Shown here: piece after piece, positions 8,216 through 17,072 of the stretch
How the letters are laid out: each line of letters starts with the position of its first letter
Numbering within the stretch: the stretch's first letter is position 1
Assembly: GCA_039930945.1 (NCBI GenBank)
Contig: JBDTSW010000001.1
Coordinates: forward strand, 1-59,287
Reading direction: 5' to 3'
Length of the DNA stretch: 59,287 nucleotides
From: a bacterium
GTDB lineage: Bacteria; Actinomycetota; Thermoleophilia; Solirubrobacterales; 70-9
Made by a program: the position numbers and the translations under genes
The notes under the pieces: model-generated
What the model was told of the DNA's origin: nothing
The model's input: only the letters and a program-made list of their open reading frames with translations
The model's database searches: none

Positions 8216-11200
8216 GTGTGGCATCTCACATTCAGCCGCCACGTAAGACGTATCGTTAGCCACGTGGCTGCGGAGGTCGACTGCCCGAGCTGCGGTACCG
8301 CCAACCCGGAGCGAGCCCGGTTCTGCATGTCGTGCGGGGCCGCGCTGGCCCGCGCCTGCTCCAACTGCGCCGCCGAGAACCCACCGGGAGCCAAGTTCTG
8401 CATCGAGTGCGGATCCGGCCTGACCGCTGTGCCCGCCGGCGGGCGGGCCGCGACGGGGCCCACCCCGGCCCCGGGCGCGCGACCCGACCTGGCACCGCCG
8501 GGTGCTCCCGCGACGCCGCCGGAGGAGCGCCGCAAGGCCACGGTGATCTTCGCCGACCTCTCCGGCTACACCGCCTTCGCCGAGCGCACGGACCCGGAGA
8601 CGGTGAAGTCGCTCGTCGACCGGGCGCTGCAGCGCCTCGGCCAAGAGGTCGTCCGCTACGGCGGCCGCGTCGACAAGTACATCGGCGACAACGTGATGGC
8701 GGTCTTCGGGGCGCCCGTCGCGCACGAGGACGATCCCGAGCGAGCCGTGCGGGCCGGCCTGGCGATGCAGGCGGCGATGGGGGACATCAACCTCGAGATC
8801 GCGGACACCGCCGACGTCAGCTTCCTGCTGCGGGTCGGGATCAACTCCGGCGAGGTGCTGGCCGGGCAGGTCGGCAGCGGCGAGTACACCGTCATGGGCG
8901 ATCCCGTCAACGTCGCCGCGCGGCTGCAGGCGGCGGCGCGCCCGGGGAGCGTCACCGTCGGCGAGATCACCCACCGCCTCACCCGCGGCGCGATCGAGTA
9001 CACAGAGCTCGAGCCGCTGGAGCTGAAGGGCAAGGCCGAGCCCGTGCCCGCCTGGGAGGCGGTCCGGGTGCAGGTCGCGACCCCGACGCGGATCTCGCGC
9101 TCGGAGACGCCTCTGATCGGCCGGGCCGACGAGTCCAGCCAGTTGGTCTCGGCCTTCGAGCGCGTGGTCCGCGACGGCCGCCCCCACCTGGTCACCGTGA
9201 TCGGGCAGGCCGGGGTCGGCAAGAGCCGTCTGCTGCGAGAGCTCGCGGCGGAGGTGGCCGTCAATCCGGCGGCCCCGATACTTCGGCTCGGCCACTGCCC
9301 GGCCTACGGCTCCGGCCTCGCCTACTGGGCGCTGGGCGAGGTGATCCGCGGCCAGTTCGAGATCGTCGACTCGGACGACTCCGAGTTGGCCTGGCGCAAG
9401 CTGCGCCGCGGGATCGAGGCGGTCGTCTCGGACGAGATCACCGATGAGCCACCCGAGCGCCTGGCGGCGCTGATCGCGCGACCCCTCGGGATCGAGGTCC
9501 CGGCCGAGGTCGCCGCCGCCCTCGGGTTCGACGCCGAGGACGCGCAGGGGATGCGCGACCGGATCTTCTCCGCCGTGCGCTCGCTGATCGAGGCTGCCAG
9601 CCATCAGAAACCGCTGGTGCTTGCGATCGAGGACATCCACTGGGCGGACGAGGGAATGCTCGACATGATCGAGTACCTCGCCCGCTGGGTCCGCGGACCG
9701 CTGCTGTTGGTCTGCCTGGCGCGAGACGAGCTCCTCGACCGGCGCCCGGGCTGGGGCGGCGGGCGCCGCAACGCGACCACGATCCCGCTCGACCCGCTCG
9801 GCTCCGAGGGAGCGCGCGAGCTGGTCGACGCTCTCTTCCCCGACCACAACGGCAACGCCAACGGCCAGGGAGAGCTGATCCGCCAGGTCGCCGACCGCTC
9901 CGGCGGCAACCCGCTGTTCGCCGAGGAGATGGTCAACCGCATCCTCGAGGAGGGCGCGCCCGACGCGCAGACGCTCCCGGAGACCGTCCATTCGGTGCTC
10001 GCCGCCCGCCTCGACTCGCTGCGAAGTGACGAGCGGCTGCTGCTGCAGCACGCCTCGGTCGCCGGTCAGACCTTCTGGGAAGGCTCGATCCCGGCCTTCT
10101 CCGAGGAGCCCGGCGGACACCTTGGCGAGACCCTCGCCTCGCTTCAGGACAAGGACCTGATCGTGCCCACCGCCGGCAGCCGCCTCGCCGGCGAGCACGA
10201 GTTCGCCTTCAAGCACGTGCTGATCCGCGACGTCGCCTACTCGACCCTGCCGAAGGCGGTCCGGGCCCGGCGCCACGCCGAGGTCGGCGCCTTCATCGAG
10301 GAGCGCACCGCCGATCGCTCCGAGGGGGTGGTGGCGATGGTCGCCGACCATTACGGACGAGCCGCCGCGCTGGGCGCGGACGGCGGTCTGGACGTGCCCG
10401 AGCTGGAGCGGATCGGGGTGAAGGCGGCGGAGGCCCTCGAGGCCGCCGGCGACGGAGAGGCAGGGCTCTACTCCAACCAGGAGGCTCTCGACCACTACGA
10501 AACCGCCGTGGGACTGCAGCGAGGCCTTGACGAGGCCTCGCGGGCGGAGATCGCCGAGAAGCTCGGCGACGTCGCCCTACGCCTCGGGCGGGTGGACCAG
10601 GCCGTCGAGGTCTGGGAGGGCTGCCTCGACCACCATCGCCGCGAGGAGGACCTGCAGCGGGTCGGGGACCTGCATCGCAAGACGGGCGCGGCGCTCTGGC
10701 ACAAGGGCGACCGGGAGGGCTCGATCGAGCACTACCAGCGGGGCATCGACCTGCTCAAGGACGGGCCGCCGTGCATAGAGCTGGTCCGCCTCTACGAGGA
10801 GGCCGCATCGCTGTACATGCACACGGGCGACAACATGCTCGCCATCTACGCCTCGGAGAAGGCGCTGCGGCTGGCCGAACGCCTCGGCGAGGCCGCCGCG
10901 GCCAGCCGGGCGCACGGGATCTTCGGCCGCGTCTTCGGCCGCATCGGCGACTCCGAGCGCGCGAGAGAGAACCTCCAGCGCTCGGTCGAGCTGGCGCGCG
11001 AGTCCGACCCCGCCGAGGCCGTGCGCGCGCTGCTCACCCTCGGCTACCACCTCGAGGTCTCGGAGGCCGACTACGCCGAGGCCAGGTCGGCCTACCAGGA
11101 GGCGCTGGGGCTGGCCGAGCAGACGGGTGACCTGCCCTCTCAGGTCGAGCTCCACGCGGCGCTCGGCCAACTGGCGGTGCACCGCGGCGACTGGGACACG

Positions 11201-11881
11201 GTCGAGCGCGAAACCGAGGCCTCGGCCGGGCTGGCCGAACGTGAGGGCCTGACCGGGAAGCTCTGCTTTCCCTTGGTGATGAGGGGCACGCTGCGCTGGC
11301 GGGAGGGCGACTTCGACGGCGCCACCGAGCTGCTCACGCGCGCCGCCGAGCTGGCTGAGCAGGTCGGCCGCTCGGAGGTCGCCTTCCAGGCGCTGTTCTG
11401 GCTGGGCGCGTCGCTGCGCCAGCAGGGGAGCTATGCCGAGGCAGACACCGCGCTCTCGCGCGCGCTCGACATCTGCGAGCGCGCCGGCCTGGTTGCGCAG
11501 TCGGTGGAGGCGATCTCCGCTCGCGCGATCACGCTGATGCGGGCGGGCCGCGCCGACGCCGCGCGCGAGGCGGCCGAGGAGGCCGAGCGCCTGGCCGAGC
11601 GCCTGCGCTATCCGGTCGGCAAGGCCGCCAGCCTGGAGGCCGCCGGCGCCGTCGCCGACGACCACGCTGCGGGGGCAGAAGCTCTCACGGCCGCCAGGGC
11701 CGCGTGGCTCGAGCTGGACCGCCCGCTCGACGCGGCGCGCTGCGAGTACATCAGGGGGTTGCTGCTGCAAGATCAGGACCCCGCGTCGGCCGCGGAGGCC
11801 CTGGAGCGGGCCGCGGATGAGGCCGAGCGCTACGGCATCGGCTACCTCGCGGGCCTGGCGCGCGGCGCGCTCCACACCTAG
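8216..11881 (+). CDS. double zinc-ribbon / class III adenylate-guanylate cyclase / AAA (STAND-type) ATPase / TPR multidomain protein
   Basis: CPSCG...CMSCG and CSNCA...CIECG zinc ribbons. Cyclase core VIFADLSGYT, YIGDNVMAVFGAP, RVGINSGEV, GDPVNVAARL. Walker A VIGQAGVGKS. C-terminal TPR-like repeats with no HTH at the end. The start may be GTG 8264 rather than 8216. Confidence 0.9.
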   Translation: MWHLTFSRHVRRIVSHVAAEVDCPSCGTANPERARFCMSCGAALARACSNCAAENPPGAKFCIECGSGLTAVPAGGRAATGPTPAPGARPDLAPPGAPATPPEERRKATVIFADLSGYTAFAERTDPETVKSLVDRALQRLGQEVVRYGGRVDKYIGDNVMAVFGAPVAHEDDPERAVRAGLAMQAAMGDINLEIADTADVSFLLRVGINSGEVLAGQVGSGEYTVMGDPVNVAARLQAAARPGSVTVGEITHRLTRGAIEYTELEPLELKGKAEPVPAWEAVRVQVATPTRISRSETPLIGRADESSQLVSAFERVVRDGRPHLVTVIGQAGVGKSRLLRELAAEVAVNPAAPILRLGHCPAYGSGLAYWALGEVIRGQFEIVDSDDSELAWRKLRRGIEAVVSDEITDEPPERLAALIARPLGIEVPAEVAAALGFDAEDAQGMRDRIFSAVRSLIEAASHQKPLVLAIEDIHWADEGMLDMIEYLARWVRGPLLLVCLARDELLDRRPGWGGGRRNATTIPLDPLGSEGARELVDALFPDHNGNANGQGELIRQVADRSGGNPLFAEEMVNRILEEGAPDAQTLPETVHSVLAARLDSLRSDERLLLQHASVAGQTFWEGSIPAFSEEPGGHLGETLASLQDKDLIVPTAGSRLAGEHEFAFKHVLIRDVAYSTLPKAVRARRHAEVGAFIEERTADRSEGVVAMVADHYGRAAALGADGGLDVPELERIGVKAAEALEAAGDGEAGLYSNQEALDHYETAVGLQRGLDEASRAEIAEKLGDVALRLGRVDQAVEVWEGCLDHHRREEDLQRVGDLHRKTGAALWHKGDREGSIEHYQRGIDLLKDGPPCIELVRLYEEAASLYMHTGDNMLAIYASEKALRLAERLGEAAAASRAHGIFGRVFGRIGDSERARENLQRSVELARESDPAEAVRALLTLGYHLEVSEADYAEARSAYQEALGLAEQTGDLPSQVELHAALGQLAVHRGDWDTVERETEASAGLAEREGLTGKLCFPLVMRGTLRWREGDFDGATELLTRAAELAEQVGRSEVAFQALFWLGASLRQQGSYAEADTALSRALDICERAGLVAQSVEAISARAITLMRAGRADAAREAAEEAERLAERLRYPVGKAASLEAAGAVADDHAAGAEALTAARAAWLELDRPLDAARCEYIRGLLLQDQDPASAAEALERAADEAERYGIGYLAGLARGALHT

Positions 11882-11902
11882 GTCTGGGCGACGACCCTGA
11901 GC

Positions 11903-11925
11903 TTCGCTGCCGATATGGCAGCGAA
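11903..11925. terminator. hairpin between convergent genes (TTCGCTGCC-GATAT-GGCAGCGAA)
   Basis: Perfect 9-bp stem and 5-nt loop, located between the cyclase stop (11881) and the ferritin-like stop (11947). Confidence 0.5.
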
Positions 11926-11946
11926 ACCCGGCTTCGCGGCGGGGGT

Positions 11947-12456
11947 CTAGACGAGGCCTCGCTTCTCGTACTCGCGCAGGAAGCCCTCGAACAGGCGCTT
12001 GTGCCCGTGCTCGTCGCGAAGGATCGTGGTCAGCATGTCCTGGGTCACCGGGTCGACCCCGTCGGTCTCCTCGATCACCCGGCTGTAGAACTCGATCGCG
12101 CCCTGCTCGGCCTCGATCACGCCCTTGATCACCGGGACGATGTCGACCTGATCGTCCGGAGGCTGCAGGTAGGTCTGCTCGGCAGCAAAGTCGAGCGAGC
12201 CGGGGACGACCCCGTACAGCTCCTTGATCCGGGCCGCGAACTGCTGTGCGTGCCCAAGCTCCTCCTGGATGTCCTGCTCGAGTGACTCGCGGATCTCCAT
12301 CGCGCGCACTCCGTCGGGGTTGACCGAGTTGGCGATGTAGCTCATCACCGTCTCGATCTCCATCCAGTAGGCCTGCTTCAGCAGCTCGATGATCTCGTCG
12401 CGCTTGTCGCGGTTGGACTCGGCCAGGATGTCGAAGCTGGTTGCGGTCTCAGGCAT
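11947..12456 (-). CDS. ferritin-like di-iron protein (bacterioferritin/DPS-like family)
   Basis: Two ExxH di-iron motifs (QEELGHAQ and RDEHGHKR) in a four-helix-sized 169-aa protein. GAAGGAGGA SD upstream. Confidence 0.8.
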   Translation of the reverse strand: MPETATSFDILAESNRDKRDEIIELLKQAYWMEIETVMSYIANSVNPDGVRAMEIRESLEQDIQEELGHAQQFAARIKELYGVVPGSLDFAAEQTYLQPPDDQVDIVPVIKGVIEAEQGAIEFYSRVIEETDGVDPVTQDMLTTILRDEHGHKRLFEGFLREYEKRGLV

Positions 12457-12561
12457 GTTGGCTCCTCCTTCAGGTTCCCGATCTGGGGCTGCACACTACC
12501 CGCGCCCCGGAGCCCCCACGCTTTCGCCGGGGCCGCGCGACTCCCCCATACAATCGAGCCG

Positions 12562-13380
12562 ATGCCGCGGCTGCAACGCCCAGACGGAGCCGAGATCAAC
12601 TTCGAGCAGCACGGCTCCGGCCCGCTCGTCGTCCTCGCCAGCTACTGGTCCACGCACCCGTCGGTCTTCGAGCCCGTCACCAGCGTCTTGGAGGGCGACC
12701 ATCGGGTGGTCCGCTACGACGATCGTGGGGCGGGCGACTCGACCCGCGCCGGCCCCTATGACCTGGATACGGCGGCGGCAGACCTCGAGGCCCTGATCGA
12801 CCACCTGGGCGAGCCGGTGACGATCGTCTCCACCGCGGATGGCAGCAACCGGGCGGTCCGCGTGGGCGCGCGGCGACCCGAGATCGTCGACGGGATCGTC
12901 GCCGTCGGCGGCGTGCCCCTGGGGCGGGAAGCGCTCGGCGACTCGGACTCGCTGGTCGCCTCCGACGTGGTGGTGCGCACCCTGCTGCAGCAGGTCGATA
13001 CCGACTACCGGGGCGTCCTGCGCAGCCTGCTCACCGCCACCAACCCGCAGATGGACGAGGCCGAGCTACGCGAACGGGTCGCGGCCCAGGTCGCGCACGC
13101 GCCGGCCGAGGCGGCCGCCGCCAGGCTGCACGCCTTCGCCGCCGACGAGCCGGTGTCCTACAGCCTCGCCTGCGGCTCCAGGGTGTGGGTGCTCGTCGCC
13201 GACAGGCTCGGGGGGGACTGGTTCCCGCGCGGCGCCGAGATGGCGCGGGTGGTCGAGCGCTCGCTGCCCGAGGCTCGGGTGGTCGAGGTCGACGACGGGC
13301 TGGCCTCGCGGCCCGACCAGACCGCCGAGGTCGTCCGCCGGATCACCGCGGCGAGGCGCGCGAGCGCCGTCGAAAACTAG
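12562..13380 (+). CDS. alpha/beta-hydrolase fold protein with an atypical nucleophile elbow
   Basis: INFEQHGSGPLVVL...YDDRGAGDS is a typical N-terminal alpha/beta-hydrolase pattern. The expected G-x-S-x-G position reads VSTADGSN. Confidence 0.7.
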   Translation: MPRLQRPDGAEINFEQHGSGPLVVLASYWSTHPSVFEPVTSVLEGDHRVVRYDDRGAGDSTRAGPYDLDTAAADLEALIDHLGEPVTIVSTADGSNRAVRVGARRPEIVDGIVAVGGVPLGREALGDSDSLVASDVVVRTLLQQVDTDYRGVLRSLLTATNPQMDEAELRERVAAQVAHAPAEAAAARLHAFAADEPVSYSLACGSRVWVLVADRLGGDWFPRGAEMARVVERSLPEARVVEVDDGLASRPDQTAEVVRRITAARRASAVEN

Positions 13381-13406
13381 GCGGAAGGCCCACTAGGATC
13401 TCGGCG

Positions 13407-13892
13407 ATGGCCGAGCGGACCCACAAGACCTGGATCCTCACGGGGTCGCCGGAGAACTTCCGGATCAACGTCGAGCGCGGCTTCGACGTGATCGGGCTGA
13501 AGGAGCGCCGGCGGCGCCAGGCCGGGGAGTTCGAGCCGGGCGACGAGGTGATCTTCTACGTCACCGGGATTCAGGCGTTCGGCGGCGTCGCCCGCGTGCG
13601 CTCGGAGATGTTCGAGGATCGCGAGCCGATCTGGCCGCAGGGCCCCAAGGGGCCCGCGGGCCTCGAGAAGCAGCCGGAGCTGTACCCCTGGAGGGTGGAA
13701 GCCGAGGCCGTGCTGGTGCTCGACGAGGACGAGTTCGTGCCGGCCTCCGAACTGGTCGGCGAGCTCGAGCACATCTCCAAGTGGCCGCTCGAGCATTGGC
13801 ACCTGGCCTTCCAGGGACAGCTGCGGACGATCGGCGATGCCGACTCGCGGCTGCTGCGCGAGCGCATGGGCGCAGCCGCAGCCGTGGCTTGA
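13407..13892 (+). CDS. EVE / UPF0310 (PUA-like) domain protein
   Basis: TWILTGSPENFRIN...PGDEVIFYV...FGGVARV...YPWRV resembles UPF0310/EVE proteins. The ATG at 13407 lies within track ORF 13185-13892. Confidence 0.7.
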   Translation: MAERTHKTWILTGSPENFRINVERGFDVIGLKERRRRQAGEFEPGDEVIFYVTGIQAFGGVARVRSEMFEDREPIWPQGPKGPAGLEKQPELYPWRVEAEAVLVLDEDEFVPASELVGELEHISKWPLEHWHLAFQGQLRTIGDADSRLLRERMGAAAAVA

Positions 13893-14269
13893 TCCACGAG
13901 CGGCACTTCACCCGCGAGCAGGCAGACGAGCTGCTGCCAACGCTCGCCCCGCTGCTGGCCGAGCTGCGCCGGGCGAAGGACTCGCTGACCGACTCGGAGG
14001 CCCACCAGGTTCTCGCCGAAGCATCGGCAGGCAACGGCGGCGGGGGCGAGGGCCGGCAGGTCGGCGAGGCCTTCCTGCACGTCCGCGGCCTGCTCGCCGC
14101 CGTCGATGAGGCCGGGGTGATCGTTCGCGACATCGACACCGGGCTGGTCGACTTTCCGGCATTGCTGGACGGGCGCGAGGTCTACCTCTGCTGGCGTGCC
14201 GGCGAGGAGGCCGTCGGCTGCTGGCACGAGCTCGACTCCGGATTCGCCGGGCGCCAGCCGCTCGACTGA
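13889..14269 (+). CDS. DUF2203-family protein
   Basis: FTREQADELLP...GVIVRDIDTGLVDFPALLDGREVYLCWRAGEEAVGCWHELDSGFAGRQPL matches my recollection of DUF2203. The TTG at 13889 overlaps the EVE gene stop (TTGA). Confidence 0.7.
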   Translation: MIHERHFTREQADELLPTLAPLLAELRRAKDSLTDSEAHQVLAEASAGNGGGGEGRQVGEAFLHVRGLLAAVDEAGVIVRDIDTGLVDFPALLDGREVYLCWRAGEEAVGCWHELDSGFAGRQPLD

Positions 14270-14290
14270 GTTCCGCGACAGCATGAAAAC

Positions 14291-14311
14291 GGGGCGCCCG
14301 CCCGGCGCCCC
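14291..14311 (-). terminator. intrinsic terminator oriented for the minus strand
   Basis: GGGGCGCC-5 nt-GGCGCCCC stem. On the minus strand it is followed by GTTTTC. It lies about 140 nt beyond the NUDIX stop and 22 nt beyond the DUF2203 stop. Confidence 0.5.
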
Positions 14312-14450
14312 GCTTCCATGTTCACATGAGAGGTGTGTATCTGTTTGTCTTGTTGCCCGTCGGATGACGGGGATGCGTTCTCTATCGGCCCGGCCCAGGG
14401 ACCCCTTAGCGCCCTGGCCGTTTGTTCGATCCCGCCCCTGGAGACAGGCG

Positions 14451-14879
14451 TCAGCCGGCAAGCAGACCGCCGACCAGCTCGCGGTCGCGGTCATAGCCGA
14501 GCAGCTCGAGAGCCTCGTCGGGCGCAAGCCAGCGCAGCTCGTCGACCTCGTCGTTGGGCTCGAAGCGGCCCTCGACCGGACGCATGCGGTAGAAGCGCAC
14601 GAGCTTGTCGCGGCCCTTGCGATCCCGGTAGCGCGCCGGGGCCAGCTCGGGGCCGAGCTCGCAGCGAAACCCGGTCTCCTCCGCGACCTCGCGCAGAGCG
14701 GCGTCGCCCCAGGACTCGCCCGGGTCGAGCTTGCCCTTCGGCAGCGACCAGTCGTCGTAGCGTGGGCGATGGACCACCGCGACCTCGACCCCCCCGCCTC
14801 CGTCGCCGCCCTCGCGCACTACCAGCCCGCCCGCGGCGCGAACCTCGGGGGCGACCTGCTCGCGCTCGCCCTCGGCCAT
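14451..14879 (-). CDS. NUDIX hydrolase
   Basis: Nudix box GKLDPGESWGDAALREVAEETG. Confidence 0.85.
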   Translation of the reverse strand: MAEGEREQVAPEVRAAGGLVVREGGDGGGGVEVAVVHRPRYDDWSLPKGKLDPGESWGDAALREVAEETGFRCELGPELAPARYRDRKGRDKLVRFYRMRPVEGRFEPNDEVDELRWLAPDEALELLGYDRDRELVGGLLAG

Positions 14880-14885
14880 CGGGCC

Positions 14886-15992
14886 CTAGGCGGGCGCGGG
14901 CTCGGGGCCGTCGCTGCCCCCTCCGACGGGGTCGGAGTCGGTCTCCAGCAACGCTGAGTCGCGACGATAGGCGATGTACTCGCGGACGACGATCTGCAAC
15001 GCGGCGGCCGTCGGAATCGCCAGGATCGCCCCGACGACGCCGAACAGGGTCGCGCCGAAGAGGACGGCGACCAGGGTGATGATGGGCTCGATCTTGGTCG
15101 CCCGCTTCTGGATCTGCGGCTGGATCACGTAGTTCTCGATCTGCTGGAAGACGATCGCGTAGACGATCCAGACGATCAGCCCGACCGGGAAGTTGACGAA
15201 CAGCATCACGATCGCGATCAGCACGGCGGCGATGGTCGCGCCGACCACCGGGATCAGGTCGAAGAAGAGGACGATCAGCGCCAGCGGGGCCGCGAACGGC
15301 GCTCCCAGCACCTTCAGCACGATGAACGCGAAGACCGCCGCGATCGAGGCTTGCAGCAGGGCCCCGCCGATGTAGTTGCCGATCGTGTTGGCGACATGCT
15401 GCAGCGCCCGCTCGATCCGCTCGGCGCGGTCGGGCGACTGGGTCCGCAGGAACGACTGGATCCACCGCGGCCCGCCGCCGACCATGAACACGGAGAGCAC
15501 GAGGATCGTCACCGCGGCGAAAATCGAGTGCACCACGCCTACCCCGATGTCCTTGAGGATGTTGGCGGCGTCGCCGATCCGGCTGGGCAACTCACCGGCC
15601 GCGCTCTCGATCTCGCTGGTGAAGTCGTACTTGTCGTTGAGGCCGTTGAGGGTCCGATTGTCGTTGACGAACTCGGTCACGTCCTTGGCGTACGCGGGAA
15701 CGTTCGTCGCCAGGTTCTCGGCCTGGGCGACCAGGTCGGGGACGAGCAGGACGCCGAGCGCGATCGGGATCGCGATCAGGACCAGGTAGGCGAGGGCGAT
15801 CGCCAGCCCCCGCTTCATGAACCTGTGCAGCAGGTTCACCGGGCCGGTCATGGCGACGGCGATGAACGCCGCGATCATCAGGAACGAGATCGGCTCGCGC
15901 AGCCGGTAGATGATGTACAGCGTCAGCGCGGCGACGACCACGATCACCACGGTGCGGGTGACGACACGCGTGGTTAGGCGCTCGGCATTCAT
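14886..15992 (-). CDS. AI-2E family transporter (PerM/UPF0118)
   Basis: Polytopic protein with the family-typical LIPVVGATIAAV...ENYVIQPQI region. The ATG at 15992 (MNAERL) is preferred over the track start at 16064. Confidence 0.85.
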   Translation of the reverse strand: MNAERLTTRVVTRTVVIVVVAALTLYIIYRLREPISFLMIAAFIAVAMTGPVNLLHRFMKRGLAIALAYLVLIAIPIALGVLLVPDLVAQAENLATNVPAYAKDVTEFVNDNRTLNGLNDKYDFTSEIESAAGELPSRIGDAANILKDIGVGVVHSIFAAVTILVLSVFMVGGGPRWIQSFLRTQSPDRAERIERALQHVANTIGNYIGGALLQASIAAVFAFIVLKVLGAPFAAPLALIVLFFDLIPVVGATIAAVLIAIVMLFVNFPVGLIVWIVYAIVFQQIENYVIQPQIQKRATKIEPIITLVAVLFGATLFGVVGAILAIPTAAALQIVVREYIAYRRDSALLETDSDPVGGGSDGPEPAPA

Positions 15993-16076
15993 CCCACCGT
16001 CCTGATTCGGCGGCTCCCTGCCATTTCCTCGCACCGGGGGGCCACGACCGGCAACGGGCTCCATCTCGGGGCGGGG

Positions 16077-17072
16077 CTACTGCACGTAGCCGGCCTCGCT
16101 CAGGTAGTCGGCAGCGACGGCCTCGGGCTTCTCGCGGCCGAGGCTGAGGCGGGCGTTGAGCTCCTGCATCACCTCGAGCGTGAGGCTCTCCTGGACCTTC
16201 TCCACCGTCTCCAGCATGTCGGGACCGGCTCTGTCGACCGCCTCCTGGCTGGCGACGAAGAGCACGTTGCCCGATGGCAGCAGCCCCTGGCCGTCCTCGA
16301 GCAGCGTGTACTCGTCGGACTCGGCCAGCTGGCCGTCGGTGGTGAACAGGATCGAGAGGTCGGCATCACCCTTGTCGAGCACCTCGTAACGGAGCTCGAT
16401 GTCCACCGGCGTGAACTCGCCGAAGCTGAGCCCGTAGTTGTCCTCGAGACCCTGCAGGCAGTCGATCCGCTGGCGGCACTCGGGCGAGCCGGCCAGCGTC
16501 AGGTCCGCGGAGACTCCCTCGAGGTCCGCGATCGACGCCAGATCCAGCTCCTCCGCCGTCGAGGTCAGCAGGCCGACCGCGTCGGCGCTGCTGAACGACG
16601 TCGGCGCCGCCGGCGCCAGGCCCTTCTTGGCGAACTCGTCGAGCGAGTCCTGGTAGGCCTGCTGGGCGTCGCCGGGGACGTCCTCGGGCGCGAAGCCGAA
16701 GAACGAGGTCAGCGCGGTCGAGGCGTACTCCGGGTAGCCGTCGATCTCGCCCTCCTCCAGGGCCTTGAGCCCGATCCGCGCGGAGCCGAGCCTGGGGTCG
16801 GTGTTGACGGTGTACCCGGCGGCCTCGAGCGCCTGGGCGTAGATCTCACCGAGGATGGACTGCTCGGCGGAGTTCTTCGAACCGACCGTCAGCTCGATCC
16901 CCTTGTCGTCGGGGTTGGCCTCGATCGCGGTCACCGAGGTCTCGCCGCCCCCGTCGCCGCTCGAATCAGCATCGCCGCCGCAGGCGGCGACCCCGAAGGC
17001 GAGCACGAACGCGGCGAGCAGGGCGAAGATCGCGTCAAGTCGCGCGTCGCCACTCACTGGATCCGCGCTCAC
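16077..17072 (-). CDS. glycine betaine/osmoprotectant-type ABC substrate-binding lipoprotein (OpuBC/ProX-like), with no cognate permease or ATPase nearby
   Basis: Lipobox FGVAACGG. VGSKNSAEQSILGEIYAQALEAAGY, DGYPEYAST and LLEDGQGLLPSGNV are typical of this family. The GTG at 17072 overlaps the GNAT stop (GTGA). The track ORF extension to 17312 overlaps the GNAT gene. Confidence 0.8.
   Translation of the reverse strand: MSADPVSGDARLDAIFALLAAFVLAFGVAACGGDADSSGDGGGETSVTAIEANPDDKGIELTVGSKNSAEQSILGEIYAQALEAAGYTVNTDPRLGSARIGLKALEEGEIDGYPEYASTALTSFFGFAPEDVPGDAQQAYQDSLDEFAKKGLAPAAPTSFSSADAVGLLTSTAEELDLASIADLEGVSADLTLAGSPECRQRIDCLQGLEDNYGLSFGEFTPVDIELRYEVLDKGDADLSILFTTDGQLAESDEYTLLEDGQGLLPSGNVLFVASQEAVDRAGPDMLETVEKVQESLTLEVMQELNARLSLGREKPEAVAADYLSEAGYVQ

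Noticed and set aside
7955-8224. Two small convergent ORFs inside the inverted repeat (7955-8143 plus strand, 8081-8224 minus strand) encoding similar peptides (GNDSGQILRFAS… and GNNSAGMLRFAS…)
   Set aside because: The peptide similarity is an automatic consequence of the DNA inverted repeat. There is no SD, and the composition is unremarkable. I treat them as non-coding unless expression data say otherwise.
8081-10495. 804-aa minus-strand ORF opposite the cyclase/STAND gene, plus similar long ORFs at 1992-3938(-), 4321-6429(+), 23173-25155(-), 17553-18980(+), 35363-36511(+) and 57172-58542(+)
   Set aside because: All are antisense or off-frame to genes with clear family motifs. They have Arg/Pro/Gly-rich composition typical of non-coding frames in GC-rich DNA.
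14421-14440. tRNA T-arm-like string GTTCGATCCCGCC, possibly a tRNA gene or att-site remnant
   Set aside because: The flanking bases cannot form a T-stem (GTTTG versus CCGCC). No acceptor, D or anticodon arms can be drawn, and there is no integrase nearby.
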